The notes under the pieces were generated by a model. It did no database searches, was not told the DNA's origin, and saw nothing but the letters and a program-made list of their open reading frames with translations. From Octopus vulgaris (taxonomy: Eukaryota), in contig OX597825.1 of NCBI GenBank assembly GCA_951406725.2, positions 1,488,001 through 1,552,000 of the forward strand: 64,000 nt of DNA, given 5' to 3'. The position numbers and the translations under genes were made by a program. How positions within the stretch are numbered: position 1 is the stretch's first letter; every line of letters starts with the position of its first letter. Shown piece after piece: positions 13,107 to 25,804 of the stretch.

Positions 13107-13718
13107 CATGGATGGAATTTAAGTATATGGTGACAAGGTAATGGGTCATATGTAATGTTTTGAGTGGCATGGGCTCTTCAAAAATGGGAGAACATCCTGG
13201 GAAGATGAGCAATCTGGAAGATGTGCCATGAGTGTTATCCCCAGAAATGTGGTATTGTGCATCGAGAATTTGTCTGCCAGAGCCAGACTGTGAATTGAGA
13301 GTTCTACTGTGACATCTTGAAGCATTTGGGGGAGGACATTTGGCGAAAGCAACCAAATCTGTGGAGCACAAAGAATTGGGATTCTTCACAAGAACAATGC
13401 ACTCTGTCACCAAGATCTACTCCCTCGTGAGTTTCTCGCCAGAAACACATGTAAACAGCACTTGCAGACTTCCATCTCTTCCCCAAGATGAAAATGCAGC
13501 TCAAAGGTCACCGTTTCAACACTGTTGTCGAGATCAAGAGTGAACTGCAGAAGGTCTTCGACTGGCTCATGGAAGACAACTTTCAGGCTGGATTCCAAAA
13601 GTGGCAGGAATGCTGCGCAAGGTGACTATTTTGAAGGAGATGACACGGTTTAGGTAAATAAGTTATTTCTTTTATATAAAACATAACTAGTCCAGGAACC
13701 TTTTGATACCACCACGTA
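13107..13718 (+). mobile_element. Defective mariner transposon (5'-truncated, internally deleted)
   Basis: Decayed transposase segments (CFEWHG; IVHREFVCQSQTVN; FPKMKMQLKGHRFNTVVEI) and right TIR GGAACCTTTTGATACCACCACG|TA shared with 55770-56663. Confidence 0.85.
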
Positions 13719-14357
13719 CATATATACATGGACATATGTGTTTGTGTGTGTTTGTTTGTATGTCTGACAGCATGTCTGTGTAGTTACATTTGTGCTTCTC
13801 CAAAAGTTTAGCACACTGCTCACATTTCTTTCATCAACAGAACATTTGCTGGCTTTGCTGTTTCAAAATTGTGTGGAATATCCCTTAATTGCAAAAAAAA
13901 AAAAAGAAAAAGAAAAGGAAAAAAAGAAAGAAAAAGAAAGAAAAAAAGAAACAGATAAAGCTTAGCAGCGGAAACAGCATCCGACTACAAAATATTGCCT
14001 GAATGATGTATTTGTTAAAGTCATGACAGCACAGAGAACTGGTTATGAAAATGATTTAAATGAAGCAAAATATTATTATCTCGATGAAATTTTAGTAAAT
14101 GCATGCAACAACTCTGGACATGTTTTAGTCTTATTAGACCTACTCTTCTCTAACACACCTGATTAGTGATAAGATAATTACCATATTAATATTTAATGAG
14201 GAACATGAGTTACTTGACATCTGAAATTATATTTTTTGGAAACTAAAATAATGTGGTACTTTAGTTGTCAAAAAACATAAAAAAACGGTTATATTTACTT
14301 TTTATTTAGTTCTGTAAGTGTGAGAGATCGAGTTGCAATGGTGTAGCATTAAAAACT

Positions 14358-14412
<55 letters not shown>

Positions 14413-14434
14413 AACACACTTATATAATTCTTAA

Positions 14435-14824
14435 GGTGCCAAATGTGTCCATGCTGGGGCACAACTTTGAAGGGTTTTAGATAAACAAATTGGCCTTGGG
14501 ACTTATTCTTTTAAAGCCTGGTACTTATCTTATCAATTTCTTTTTTTGTTGTACCACTAAATTACAGGGATGTAAACACACAAACACTGGTTATGAAGTG
14601 GTGGTGAGGGACAAACACAAACATAAAAACATACACACATAGATATATGCATATATACGATGGGCTTCTTGCAGTTTCTGTCTATGAAATCCACTCACCA
14701 GGCTTTGGTCAGCTTGCAGCTATAGGAGAAGACACTTGTCCAAGGTGACACACAGTGAGACTGAACCCAAACCCATGTGGTTGGGAGGCAAGCTTCTTAC
14801 TACACAGCCACACCTGTGCCATGC
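14435..14824 (-). mobile_element. tRNA-derived SINE family B
   Basis: Reverse strand reads GGCACAGGTGTGGCTGTGTAGTAAGAAGCTTGCC...GGGTTCAGTCTCAC...CACCTTGGACAAGTGTCTTCT, homologous to 46139 onward. Confidence 0.8.
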
Positions 14825-15243
14825 ATTGAAACTAAACCTGTAAATGCAGGGTTGTGAAGTGAACTTGTTAATTATACAGCCATATCTTATGGTTAAATGT
14901 TCACTTTTGAAGGTCAATTTTTCGTTGTAAGAACATAAGCAAAGCGATTACAAGTGATGGAGAGAGACAAACCACAGGAGCAGAGATGGAGTGAAGAGAG
15001 GTGAATGATAGAAGTGGATTTCAGGCAGATAAAATACAGAGAATTTGCAAGTGAAGAATCCTTTTAGAAGAGTTGATGGGGTGTTAGAGAGTATGAGCTT
15101 CATTGTTCACTTAGTAATTTAAATTTACACTTATAATCATGTTGCATCCTGCCCTCTAATTGACTGGTGAATGGAAGGATGCAAAAACAAATTGTGCGGA
15201 TAAATAAGCTAAACCAGCCGTTCACATAGAAAAATAAATGTGC

Positions 15244-15327
15244 GTGTGTACATGTGAGTGTGTACATGTGAGTGTGTACATGTGAGTGTGTACATGTGAG
15301 TGTGTACATGTGAGTGTGTACATGTGA
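15244..15327. repeat. 14-bp tandem repeat (GTGTGTACATGTGA) x6
   Basis: Six exact units read directly. Confidence 0.95.
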
Positions 15328-15891
15328 GTGTGTGTAAATGTAAAAAGAGGAAAAAGGTCTGCTGCTTCATGTAAAGTTATATTCTACGAATATAATAAAT
15401 TCATTTTATAATTCTAATAAAATTCAATTTAAATTTCTATTAGAATTTATTTGGTTAATGTGTTTTATATACAATTAAAAATTGTCATAATTTTATAATT
15501 AATTTATGCATATTCTGAAATAAAATATAAGTGGTAAAAGATTGCTGTTATTATCTAGTCATTTAAAAAAGAATGCATATTTTTTGTCATGTAGTGGAAA
15601 CGGAGACTCCATGCTTACTTGTACGAACATTCGGAAGGATCTTTTTTATATATCCATTGTATAGGTTACATCTAGAGTGGAAATGATGCATCACTAAACA
15701 AAGAATTGTGTCTCACAAAGAATTTCAATGTGTTATGAAACTTTGACTTGTTCAACAAAGAAGTTACATGGAAGTTGAGAGATCAGTAACAAAAATCGCT
15801 TGGTACAGCTTTTAAAAATCTGTTTTATCTCCTGATTAGTATGCATCGACATACTACTAGTGCAACTCTATTTTTTACTTGCGTGATCATT

Positions 15892-16174
15892 ACCAACGTC
15901 GCCTTACTGGCACTTGTGCCGGTGGCATGTGTAAAAAGATTCGAGCGAGGTCGTTGCCAGTACCGCCTGACTGGCCCCGTGCCAGTGGCACGTAAAAAGC
16001 ACCCACCACACTCTCAGAGTGGTTGGTGCTAGGAAGGGCATCCAGCTGTAGAAACTCTGCCAGATCAAGATTGGAGTCTGGTGCGGCCATCTGGTTCGCC
16101 AGCCCTCAGTCAAAATCGTCCAACCCATGCTAGCATGGAAAGTGGACGTTAAATGATGATGATGATGATGATGA
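15892..16174 (+). mobile_element. RTE-tail SINE-like element (family R)
   Basis: Same GGAAGGGCATCCAGCTGTAGAAAC core, CCCATGCTAGCATGG palindrome and (GAT)n tail. Confidence 0.85.
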
Positions 16175-16543
16175 GTGGAATCTGCATTGATTGTAGAGAC
16201 CTTGGTCATTTGTTCTTTACTCACTGGTCAGTCTTGATTTAGTAGACTTATGATCAAAAGCCACGATCATCCCATCTTTTCTCTTTATTTCTACACAATA
16301 TTTGATACTGAACATATATTAGGTTGAGATACAGAAAGGATGTGGTTGCTATTTCTTGCAGAATGTTTGACCATGTAGAGAATCCCTTGTTAATTTGTGT
16401 CTTTGTGGTGTAATCAAGTGCTCAGGTTTCTGAGGAATACCTGCAAGATCTTTCAAACACAGAAATAAAACCAAGATAGTTCTTTTTGTATTCAATGTAG
16501 GTTTCTGATTTCTGTGAAAAGAATTCAACAGGAAGCAACAAAC

Positions 16544-17024
16544 TGACTCACATAAAGAGTAAGAGTCATGCAGTTTATTCTGACTCACATGAAGAGTAAG
16601 AGTCATGCAGTTTATTCTGACTCACATGAAGAGTAAGAGTCATGCAGTTTATTCTGACTCACATGAAGAGTAAGAGTCATGCAGTTTATTCTGACTCACA
16701 TGAAGAGTAAGAGTCATGCAGTTTATTCTGATTCACATGAAGAGTAAGAGTCATGCAGTTTATTCTGACTCACATGAAGAGTAAGAGTCATGCAGTTTAT
16801 TCTGATTCACATGAAGAGTAAGAGTCATGCAGTTTATTCTGATTCACATGAAGAGTAAGAGTCATGCAGTTTATTCTGACTCACATGAAGAGTAAGAGTC
16901 ATGCAGTTTATTCTGACTCACATGAAGAGTAAGAGTCATGCAGTTTATTCTGATTCACATAAAGAGTAAGAGTCATGCAGTTTATTCTGACTCACATGAA
17001 GAGTAAGAGTCATGCAGTTTATTC
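16544..17024. repeat. 37-bp minisatellite x13 (TGACTCACATGAAGAGTAAGAGTCATGCAGTTTATTC)
   Basis: 13 contiguous units; variants only TGACTCA/TGATTCA and CATGAAG/CATAAAG; no spacers. Confidence 0.97.
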
Positions 17025-19426
17025 TCCGTTCATCAACATTGTTAAAATCAATGCACAGCTTATTTTTGCAGTATTTCAACTATATTTAATCTCACATGAC
17101 GGCAGTGCCCCAGCATGACCATAGCTCATTGTCTGAGGCTTGTAAAAGAATAAAAAAGAAAAATTACAGATATTCCAAGTTTTTCAACTTTTGTCAAACT
17201 CAACATATGTTTATTTACAAAGTTTTCCAACAACACTAAACATACGTTTGCTTGATTAGCTCTGACCTGGAGCTTCAACAAGAACAACAACATTGATCAC
17301 AATGTAGTTTGACATCACTGAATGTTCTGGAAACATCCAAATGCAATAGATCAACACTAAAGTCATCCAAATGTTGTTTTAGAAATCAATAAAGATACGG
17401 AAGCAATACAAAGCAGCTTCTACATCACAAAAGCCATGCGACCGCAGAATAAAGATAAAAAGCAAACTCTAAGAAAACTAATGATGGTCTGCATTAGTAG
17501 AAAGCCATTATCAACATTTGTTCATAAGAGGTGAGTTTGAAAGTTCTCCACCCGATCTTTCTTTAAAGAAATGCGAGAAGTGTGTTGCAAGGCTGAAAAA
17601 GAAGTCCTCCTCAGCCTTCCAACACAGTTTTAATATTTTCAAAGAAGACACGACTCACTTTTCAAAGAAGACACGACTCACTTTTCTTCAAAGTGCACAA
17701 ATTTGTGAAATTTTACCATTTCCATTACATAACAGTTTGATTTCTTACACAACTTTTCAGCTAATTTTTTTTTTATTTCAGAGTTCTTGTCAGGGTGGCA
17801 TGTGATTACATTTGACAGGAACAATTTAATTTAATTCTTTAATTTCTGCTTGACTATCTTCAGCACCCAGTTCACTTTGTGCTGGATGAGATCTCTGCTA
17901 AAACATTTACTTGTGTGCAGCTTCCTATTGCAGCATTTCGTGTGTTGTGGTTTCTTTCTTTCTTTTCTCCCAGTAATCTCAGAGGCCCTGAAAAGGTCAT
18001 GGCATTTGCCTTTCTTCCTCTGGCTAAAAGAGGAAAGAAAAAAAATATCTACCTTTTTTACTTTGTAATATAAAATGTTAAAATTAGGTTTTAAATGTGC
18101 AGGTTTGTTATACAGTTTAATGAACTTTAAACTATTTTGTATATCTGGTGTGAGTGAACTTTTCTATCATATTTGAAGGGTACTGGGAATGAATATACCC
18201 TTCATATTTGAAGGGCATATAAGATATATACATATGGACACACGTATGTGTGAGTGCACTGTGCAGAAGAGATTTAAATAACATGTATTAGATAATATAG
18301 TCTTTTTTTTTTTAATCTATGAGCCTCATGTTGAATTCTAAATGTGAAGTGCCATCAGTATTTTGCAAAAGTGACATTTATGAAAGGTATTCAGTCTTAA
18401 AAACTCCCTATTAAATGATATTCAATAATAAAACGATATCTATTTTACCCTATTCATATACTATTTATTAAACATAACTATTAAATTTCCAGGCTGCCAA
18501 GTTATCTTTCAAATTTTTAGAGAATCGTCACTTCACAACCATGAATTATTTATCCTATCAGAATTTGCCGATGACCGTTCTGAACCGTCACTCGCTCTTT
18601 CACTAATAATAATCATGAAATCATTTCTTTCCAGACAGTTTCATATTATTTAAGTATTCTCTTTGCTATCAAATTTTAGCCATTGTTAACATAATTCTAC
18701 ATAATTCTACAAATCAAATTATTCTGCAACAGATAATATAATTAATAATTGGATTTACTCTGGTTTTCACCATTTATTCAGTATAAAAAAAGTTATGCCA
18801 CACTATTTAGAAATTAACAATACAAAGTTGATTACTTTTCATAGAGACTGTTGATGAGCTTCTATAGAAAAGTTGTTCTATATAATGATATAATGATATT
18901 GAAGTCAGTTACATTAAACAGATTTTTCTCTTGCAAAGGTCTCTCTAATTTAAACAACTCAGACTATTCTCCATCCCTCGGTGCTTTAAATTACATGGCT
19001 GCAGAGACATGGTTTTAACGATTCTTTTGATATCAATTCACTTGAAAGTGTTTCAGGTTCCTTGATACAAAACTCCTTGCTTGCCAATCAATCAAATGTG
19101 CCTTTACACAATTAACCAGCTAGAAAGAGCAGCCAAATCACCCTCAAATCATACTCAGTCTTCTTAAAAAATAAGTACAAACTGGACATTGTACTCCTAG
19201 ATATACAAAATGAGGCACTGTCATGGTTAGAATGTCTTTTTTCATAAATCTGGCTCAATCAGAGTTGACTTCTTGTGTTAGTATTAATAAATAGCATGGT
19301 AAGCCTTGACTTTTGGAATCATTTTAAAAAGCTCAAAGTTCTTTGTCCCCAATGTAAGTTTACAAATTATACAAGGCTCCAGGGCCATATCCTGCCAGCA
19401 ATAAAAATTATCCCATCACATAATAA

Positions 19427-19731
19427 CATCATCATCATCATCGTTTAACGTCTATTATCCATGCTAGCATGGGTTGGACGGTTCGACCGGGGTCTGGGAA
19501 GCCAGGAGGCTGCACCAGGCTCCTGTCTGATCTGGCAGTGTTTCTACAGCTGGATGCCCTTCCTAACGTCAACCACTCCATGAGTGTAGTGGGTGTTTTT
19601 ACGTGCCAGGCAAGGCTGGCTACGGCCACGATCAGATTGGTGCATTTTACGTGCCACCGGCATGGAAGCCAGTCAAGGCGGCACTGGCAACAGCCACGTT
19701 CGGATGGTGCTTTTTACATGCCACCGGCACA
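19427..19731 (-). mobile_element. RTE-tail SINE-like element (family R)
   Basis: (CAT)n-CGTTTAACGTC...CCATGCTAGCATGGGTTGG...CAGCTGGATGCCCTTCC, the reverse complement of family R. Confidence 0.85.
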
Positions 19732-21358
19732 TTGCAACATAACTTTTTCTTTAACTTAGCTAGTCCTACCTTATTGAAATTGATTCTAAAAGAAATCAAA
19801 GAAAGAAAGGACCCCATGAACATTTAAGTGATACCAAGACAAATTTCTCCAAGATATCAAACAACTGATATCTGCATATATCTCAGCAGACAATGAGCTA
19901 GGATGTCCTGAATTATGAATTAAAAGACTACTTCAGGTGGTGCTGTTAGGTTGGACATGGCTAGGGCCAATAATGGTCAAAACCTATCCAAGTTATTCAA
20001 GATATTTAAATTAAAATCTTAAATTTTACTTTGTCCAAAGCTCCACTGATCCTGCCAATTGTCTAAAAGAGAAAAATTATAATTTAGCCATAATGATTTA
20101 TACTTACAAACTCAAAAACCAAATTGTTAGTAGATGAAATAAATGAATAATTAACTTAAATTTTTTTTAGAGTGAGATGTCAAACAGAAGCAAATATTTT
20201 AATGAGGTGAAATTATATACAAGTTCATGAGAATATATACACATCACATAGAGCTCTACTCATTCATTAGTAATAGTCAGATGTGTGTGTGTGTTACAAA
20301 ATCCCCCACCACCACCACCACGATGACGACAAGAATGCCACCATTCTTTCAGTAGAATTTCCAACAAAATTCTATTCAGTAAAATACACTGTTGCTATGT
20401 ATGTTATTGAATTTTAAGATGCACTATTCGCAGGTGAATTGATAATCAGCTATTGAAAGTCTTTGGAATATAAAAAGGAGAAGAGGAGTGGGGTGGGAGT
20501 TAATGTCTGCTTTGAAAAGAGATAATGAACTTATGTACAGATATATGTATGTGTGTTTGTGTATATGAAATAATGAATTTGTATGTGGATGTGTATGCGT
20601 GTATCAGATAGATAGGTAATGAGAGAGGGAAAGACACAGGTAGAGAGAGAGAGAGAGTAACAGATATTGAGAAATGAGAAAGAAATGCCTAATTGTAATT
20701 ATATATATAGCTAGTTTAACCATATGTAAACTTTACAGATTTAGTTAAGTTTACCAATATGCAAACTTTACATATTCCAAAACAAAAACAACAAACGAAT
20801 AAACAAAACACCCAGCTCAAAGAAAGAAAAGGAAAAATTTCAATATAAACTAGGAAATTTTCTGAATGAACAGGTGCTTGGAGCTGCAAAAAGATCATCA
20901 ACATGAAGAACAATAGGAAATAGATCCAGTCAAGCAAAAATACAAATACTGCTCTCTTTCTGTTGGAATAAATTGTGTTAGTTAGTTATTGATTCCCAAC
21001 ATTCTGCACAAAAATCAAAAATGAATTCGAATGGTGGGGGTTAAGATTATAATCTGTTTTTGATGTTGTTCTTTTTGGAGGGGGTGGGAGGTGTGGTGCG
21101 CAATGTATTTTTGTTTTTGTTTGTGTGTCTAAAAAACGTCAAAGAATACTTTGAATTTACACATTGATGAAACCAATACCTATTGTACAACACTATTGTA
21201 AAATAGACATATTTATCTAAAGAGAGAGAGAGAGAGAGAGAGAGACGACAAGGAGAAAGAAGAGAAGAAGAGAATGGCTGCCTGGAGAAGAACGGAGAAG
21301 AAAGATAAAAGATACAGACAGCAGAAATATTGGTTATTGATACAGTGTGTGTGTGCAC

Positions 21359-21425
<67 letters not shown>

Positions 21426-21815
21426 TATATATATATATTTGTGCATCTGTGTCTAGAGAGAGAAAAGGATGATTGCGTGATTAAGAAGTTTGCTTTAGAA
21501 TCATGTGGTTAGGGGTTCAATCCCACTGCATGGATACTGTTGGCAGATGTCCACTAATATAGCTGCAGTTTGACCAATACCTTATGAGTGAAATTGATAG
21601 AAAAACACTGATGATGTATGTTTGTGTGTGTGTGAGAAAAGGAGGGTTTGCACGTCTCCTGTGCATCGATTGTAAACAAAAGCCTGTCTGTTAATACAGA
21701 TGGTGCTGTTCGCTCAGCACCCATTACAAAAACTAAGTCTGAGATTCTTGACATGTTGAATGATCTTTGTAAAAACAAAAGCTCATGCAAACAATGTCAT
21801 GTGTTTCCAGTTGTT

Positions 21816-21855
<40 letters not shown>

Positions 21856-22097
21856 CCATTTAACGTCCGTTTTCCATGCTAGCATGGGTTGGACGGTTCA
21901 ACTGGGGTCTGGGAAGCCAGGAGGCTGCACCAGGCTCCAGTCTGATCTGGCAGAGTTTCTACAGATGGATGCCCTTCCTAACGCTAACCACTCTCTGAGT
22001 GTAGTGGGGGCTTTTTACTTTTTACGTGCCACCAACACAGGGGCCATGCGAGGCTGGTAACGGCCACGATCAGTTGGTGCTTTTTAACATGCCACCA
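21816..22097 (-). mobile_element. RTE-tail SINE-like element (family R)
   Basis: Long (CAT)n followed by the reverse-complement family R body. Confidence 0.85.
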
Positions 22098-22866
22098 CCA
22101 ATGTCCAGGTTGTTTATTGATTGATAGACTGAGGGATTCCTTACCTTACTTGGAATCAGATGAGGTATAGCACCATGAAGTGCATCGGGCCACAGAAAAT
22201 AGAACCCCTATCTAGTCTCAGCTGAGAGATGCAAGCATAAAAAGGGGAGAAAGAAAAGGACAATATTGATATACATATACGTGCGTGTGTGTGTAATAGA
22301 TTCATTTTAAGAATTTCAGATGATGTTATTTCCAAGTATGATTTACGACCTGTTTTGGGAATATCCTGAAATCTTTTAAAACTATATATAAAATCATCAT
22401 TCTTTGGACATGTGTTTTTGCATGCTTATGCAGATCACACAAGAGTACGTTGGGGCTAATTTTTCTATGGTTGTACCCACTTTCTGACAAGCTCCAGCAA
22501 CATCAAAAATTATTCCAGCCGGTATGAAGGTGGAATAATTAAAATAATAATAGCTAATGAATTGATGTTCTTATCTTCAATGCATAATTATTTTGATTAG
22601 CTTTTTATGCTGACTGCATTACTATGTTAGCACTAATTTAATTCTGTAGTTTATTAAAATACTGAGTGCAGAGTTAAAGGTATTCCCTATTAACATAAAC
22701 CATCTTGAATGCAGTAACAATAGATCTCTATTTCTAATTCCATAAGGGTTTCAGAGAAATCTTAAAAATAAACCAAAGTCAATTTAAGTGAAATTTTAAA
22801 AGATGGGTAAACTGAATGCCTGCCCACATTGTAATACACTTTTGTTTCAATAAATATTAAATGACA

Positions 22867-23191
22867 CTATAAATAGGTTTTATTTAAATTGAATAGAACC
22901 TATTTCAGCTTGCAACTAACAAGAAGTATGCATGGGTGAAATAGGTAATTGATGATTATTTTTAATGAGCAAAATACAAAAATTTAGCAATAAAATATTC
23001 TGAGCTCAGAAAATTTTGTGATACATCTTCATACTTTCAGAACACATTAAATTGTCACTGTTCAATAATTCAAAACCAATAGCTAAGATTATGCGCCCTT
23101 CCCCTCCATTGGTCAGGTGACAACTAGCTGGTGCTGGCTGCTGGAGCCTACTAGCGAGTATTTAAAGGGAAATTCGGCAGGATGGTCAGTT
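22867..23191 (+). promoter_or_regulatory. Candidate RNA Pol II promoter (MEF2, CCAAT x2, C-rich box, E-box, TATA-like, Inr)
   Basis: CTATAAATAG 22867-22876; CCAAT 23076-23080; GCGCCCTTCCCCTCC 23093-23107; ATTGG 23108-23112; CAGGTG 23114-23119; TATTTAAA starting at 23159, 29 nt before the A (23188) of Inr TCAGTT 23186-23191; locally GC-elevated and repeat-free. Confidence 0.55.
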
Positions 23192-23490
23192 GCTCACTGA
23201 CACTCGTTGACGCTGCATCAAAGAGGCCAGGGAACAGAAGAAAGATGGAGAAAGAAGAAATGCTCTCAACACCAGAGTGGGTGTCCTGCCACATCGAAAA
23301 TGGTAGAGGAGTAGGGGGCTGAAACTGGACGTGGTTCCTCCTGATGATGTATTTAGCCACTGGATCCTATAAGGGAGCTGTTGAGATGGCAAATCACAAA
23401 ATGCAGTTGGAATTCCACACTTCCCTATCTCCACCCCATCACATTTCAAGAGATTCATTCAAGATGGGGTACAGAAAAACGTTTGTTTTT
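23188..23490 (+). other. Candidate first exon of an unidentified gene (25-aa ORF, then in-frame 49-codon ORF ending at a phase-0 donor)
   Basis: AAGATGG Kozak ATG at 23245, TGA at 23320-23322, in-frame ATG at 23344 open to TTT|GTAAGA donor at 23490/23491 (alternative donor ACG|GTAAAG near 23535). No homolog recognised. Confidence 0.35.
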
Positions 23491-24035
23491 GTAAGATATA
23501 AAAAAGGTTTCTGTGCTATCTTGTGAAGATTACGGTAAAGAATACTTACTGACTATCTATAGCTATTAGATACAATCATGGAAATTATTTTCATGGAATA
23601 TAAAAAGCAACTATAGAATAATATTAGTTGGTGCTTGCTCTTTTCCTCCACCCCATATATATACTATCAACTCAGTGTACAAATTTACATCCAGTATTAT
23701 AGAAATATTTCTTTTTGAACAACCTTTGTATCTCAATAATAAATTGATTTATTAAATAAATGACTGGGAATTATATGAGATTTAGACACCTGATAATTCA
23801 CTTCTGAATTTCTTTTGTTGTCATATGGCTTCACACCTAAGCAGAAAAGAAGTTTTATAAATAGAATTAATTAGAAGTGCTGATTAGAAGAATCTATAAT
23901 GCATTAGAAAATAATTACACTATTTACTTACAATCCTTTATATTTTTCACATTTTAAGCTCAGATCCAACCAGGGTCTCGTTTAACTTTCATTCTTCCAA
24001 TAAAACAAGTAGCAGATGTTAGGGGTGACAGCCAT

Positions 24036-24630
24036 GACTAGGTTTCCTTGCTTGTGTGGCAAGGTTCAGAGTCCTGTTGCCAGACATAGGGTCTCCCAGC
24101 AGCCATCCTCTTGACCCAGGATAGCACTACCTCCTCTGGGCACTTGATGTATGCCTGCATGTTGAGCCTGAGGCTATGTGGGAAGAGGAATGGTGGCATA
24201 AAGTTGCTATCACTAGTGATCACTCCAAACACTATGATGTTTACTGGATGTTTGATTTTTATCACTCTCAGTACATGTTTTGGGGACACGGCAAACAAAC
24301 AGTTGTTCTGTGTGTTCACCAAACTGATCCTGGCAGAAATTTTTCTGGTCTGAGAAAAACCAAAGCATGTTTGGTTTGACGGGATGCTTGTGTTTGTTCA
24401 AAATCTTTGTAGCATGGTCTTCCCTCTTGTTCTTGATGGACTGGGATAAAAATTGGCCCTTTCTCATTTTGTATGAGGAATACCAAATGTCTTCAGGCAC
24501 TACCCGCCTGATAAGAAACTCAGACACTCCCATGTCCCTGGTGATAGGCCTGATTGACTTGGAGGGATTGTTGTCAATCATGGTCTGAATCTCACCAACA
24601 AATTCATGCGTTCTTTTCTTAGCAGAAGAT
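24036..24630 (-). mobile_element. maT/DD37D-like Tc1/mariner transposase fragment (pseudogene)
   Basis: Frameshifted minus ORFs give SYKMRKGQFL, WFFSDQKNF, VFGVITSD and YVWQQDSEPCHTSK motifs; no TIRs seen. Confidence 0.85.
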
Positions 24631-25744
24631 AAACCATTATTATTTTGTGGACCACATTCAACAAAGTTCAATTTTGCCTTTCATATCCACATTTTTAATT
24701 AATTTTATAATCCAATGAATTTCAATTAATTCTGAAAATAATCAAAAATGTGGAAGGATTTGGTAAAATAACCTAACATTTCTTTACTAAAATGGTGTCG
24801 GAACATAATAAAAAGGTTCTGACATAAAGGGAGGCTTTTCAGTATCCCATTTAAACAAAAGGTTTTGTGTCATAAGTGGGATTCTTAAGTGGGCTAGTAT
24901 CAAAATGGTTTTAAATATATTCTCTTTTGAGAGTGAGTGCTGAAGTTCTTCATTGCATACATAACAGAGAAATGTAAAAATTGCACAGAAAAAAATTAAA
25001 ACATATCTTAAATTTACTTAGTTTTTCAAGTAGAAATTAAATATATTTCATTTCAAGAATCAATGATTTTAACAAGGCTTCCTACTATTATAGCTTCAGA
25101 GAATATTAGTTTATAGATTTTTTTGTCTTATTTTGCAAGTATATTTTTTAAATGTACTTTCCTGCGTTTTGAGTGAAGATAGTTTGTAGTTGATATTTTA
25201 AATGTCTTTAAATTTAAATGATATCTTTCTTATTTATGACGCATGATTGCCCATAAGTTGATTAAAATATTCAAATATGAGGAGGAAAAAATTAAGTACA
25301 TAAACAAAATTGAAAAGTGTATCAGACAGTATTTCCTGGCATATACAGAAGCAAATAATTCCTCAAACAACACAATCTTTGTTCAGTAGGAAAAGGAAAA
25401 AGAAATGAAGCATAAAATATTTCTTAATCAGGCAGAACCATTTAGAAGAAACATGATATTTATTTGTTAAATAAATATTATCTAAGATAATATTTCATTC
25501 ATCTTAATTACTATTTGTGCTTATTATTTTCAATTTATAATTATACACTATGATGGCAGTCTTTATCATCATCATTATCATCATTATCATAATCAATGAT
25601 GCATGAAGTGACAGACCCCACCATATACCCTTGACAAACTTCATGACAAGGACGTCCTATGGTCTGGAACCTCCTCCACCAGTTTCTTTGAAGATATAAG
25701 ATATTTTCACACGTGTGCATGTGTGTGTGTGTGCGTGTGAAAGG

Positions 25745-25804
<60 letters not shown>

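Noticed and set aside
16544-17024. 37-bp partly palindromic repeats as a CRISPR array
   Set aside because: Units are contiguous with no unique spacers, there are no cas genes, and the context is eukaryotic.
17641-17686. 23-bp tandem duplication AAAGAAGACACGACTCACTTTTC x2
   Set aside because: Ordinary local slippage duplication, probably within an old DNA-transposon remnant.
17911-18023. Minus-strand candidate exon (strong acceptor, CAA|GTAAAT donor)
   Set aside because: Neither open frame resembles a protein I recognise, the donor is mediocre, and no compatible neighbouring exon was found.
23326-23375. TCC-TGA-T resembling the antizyme (OAZ) +1 frameshift site
   Set aside because: The frame ending in TCC TGA has an in-frame TAG a few codons upstream with no ATG after it, and the +1 frame stops after 9 codons (DDVFSHWIL*); no antizyme similarity.
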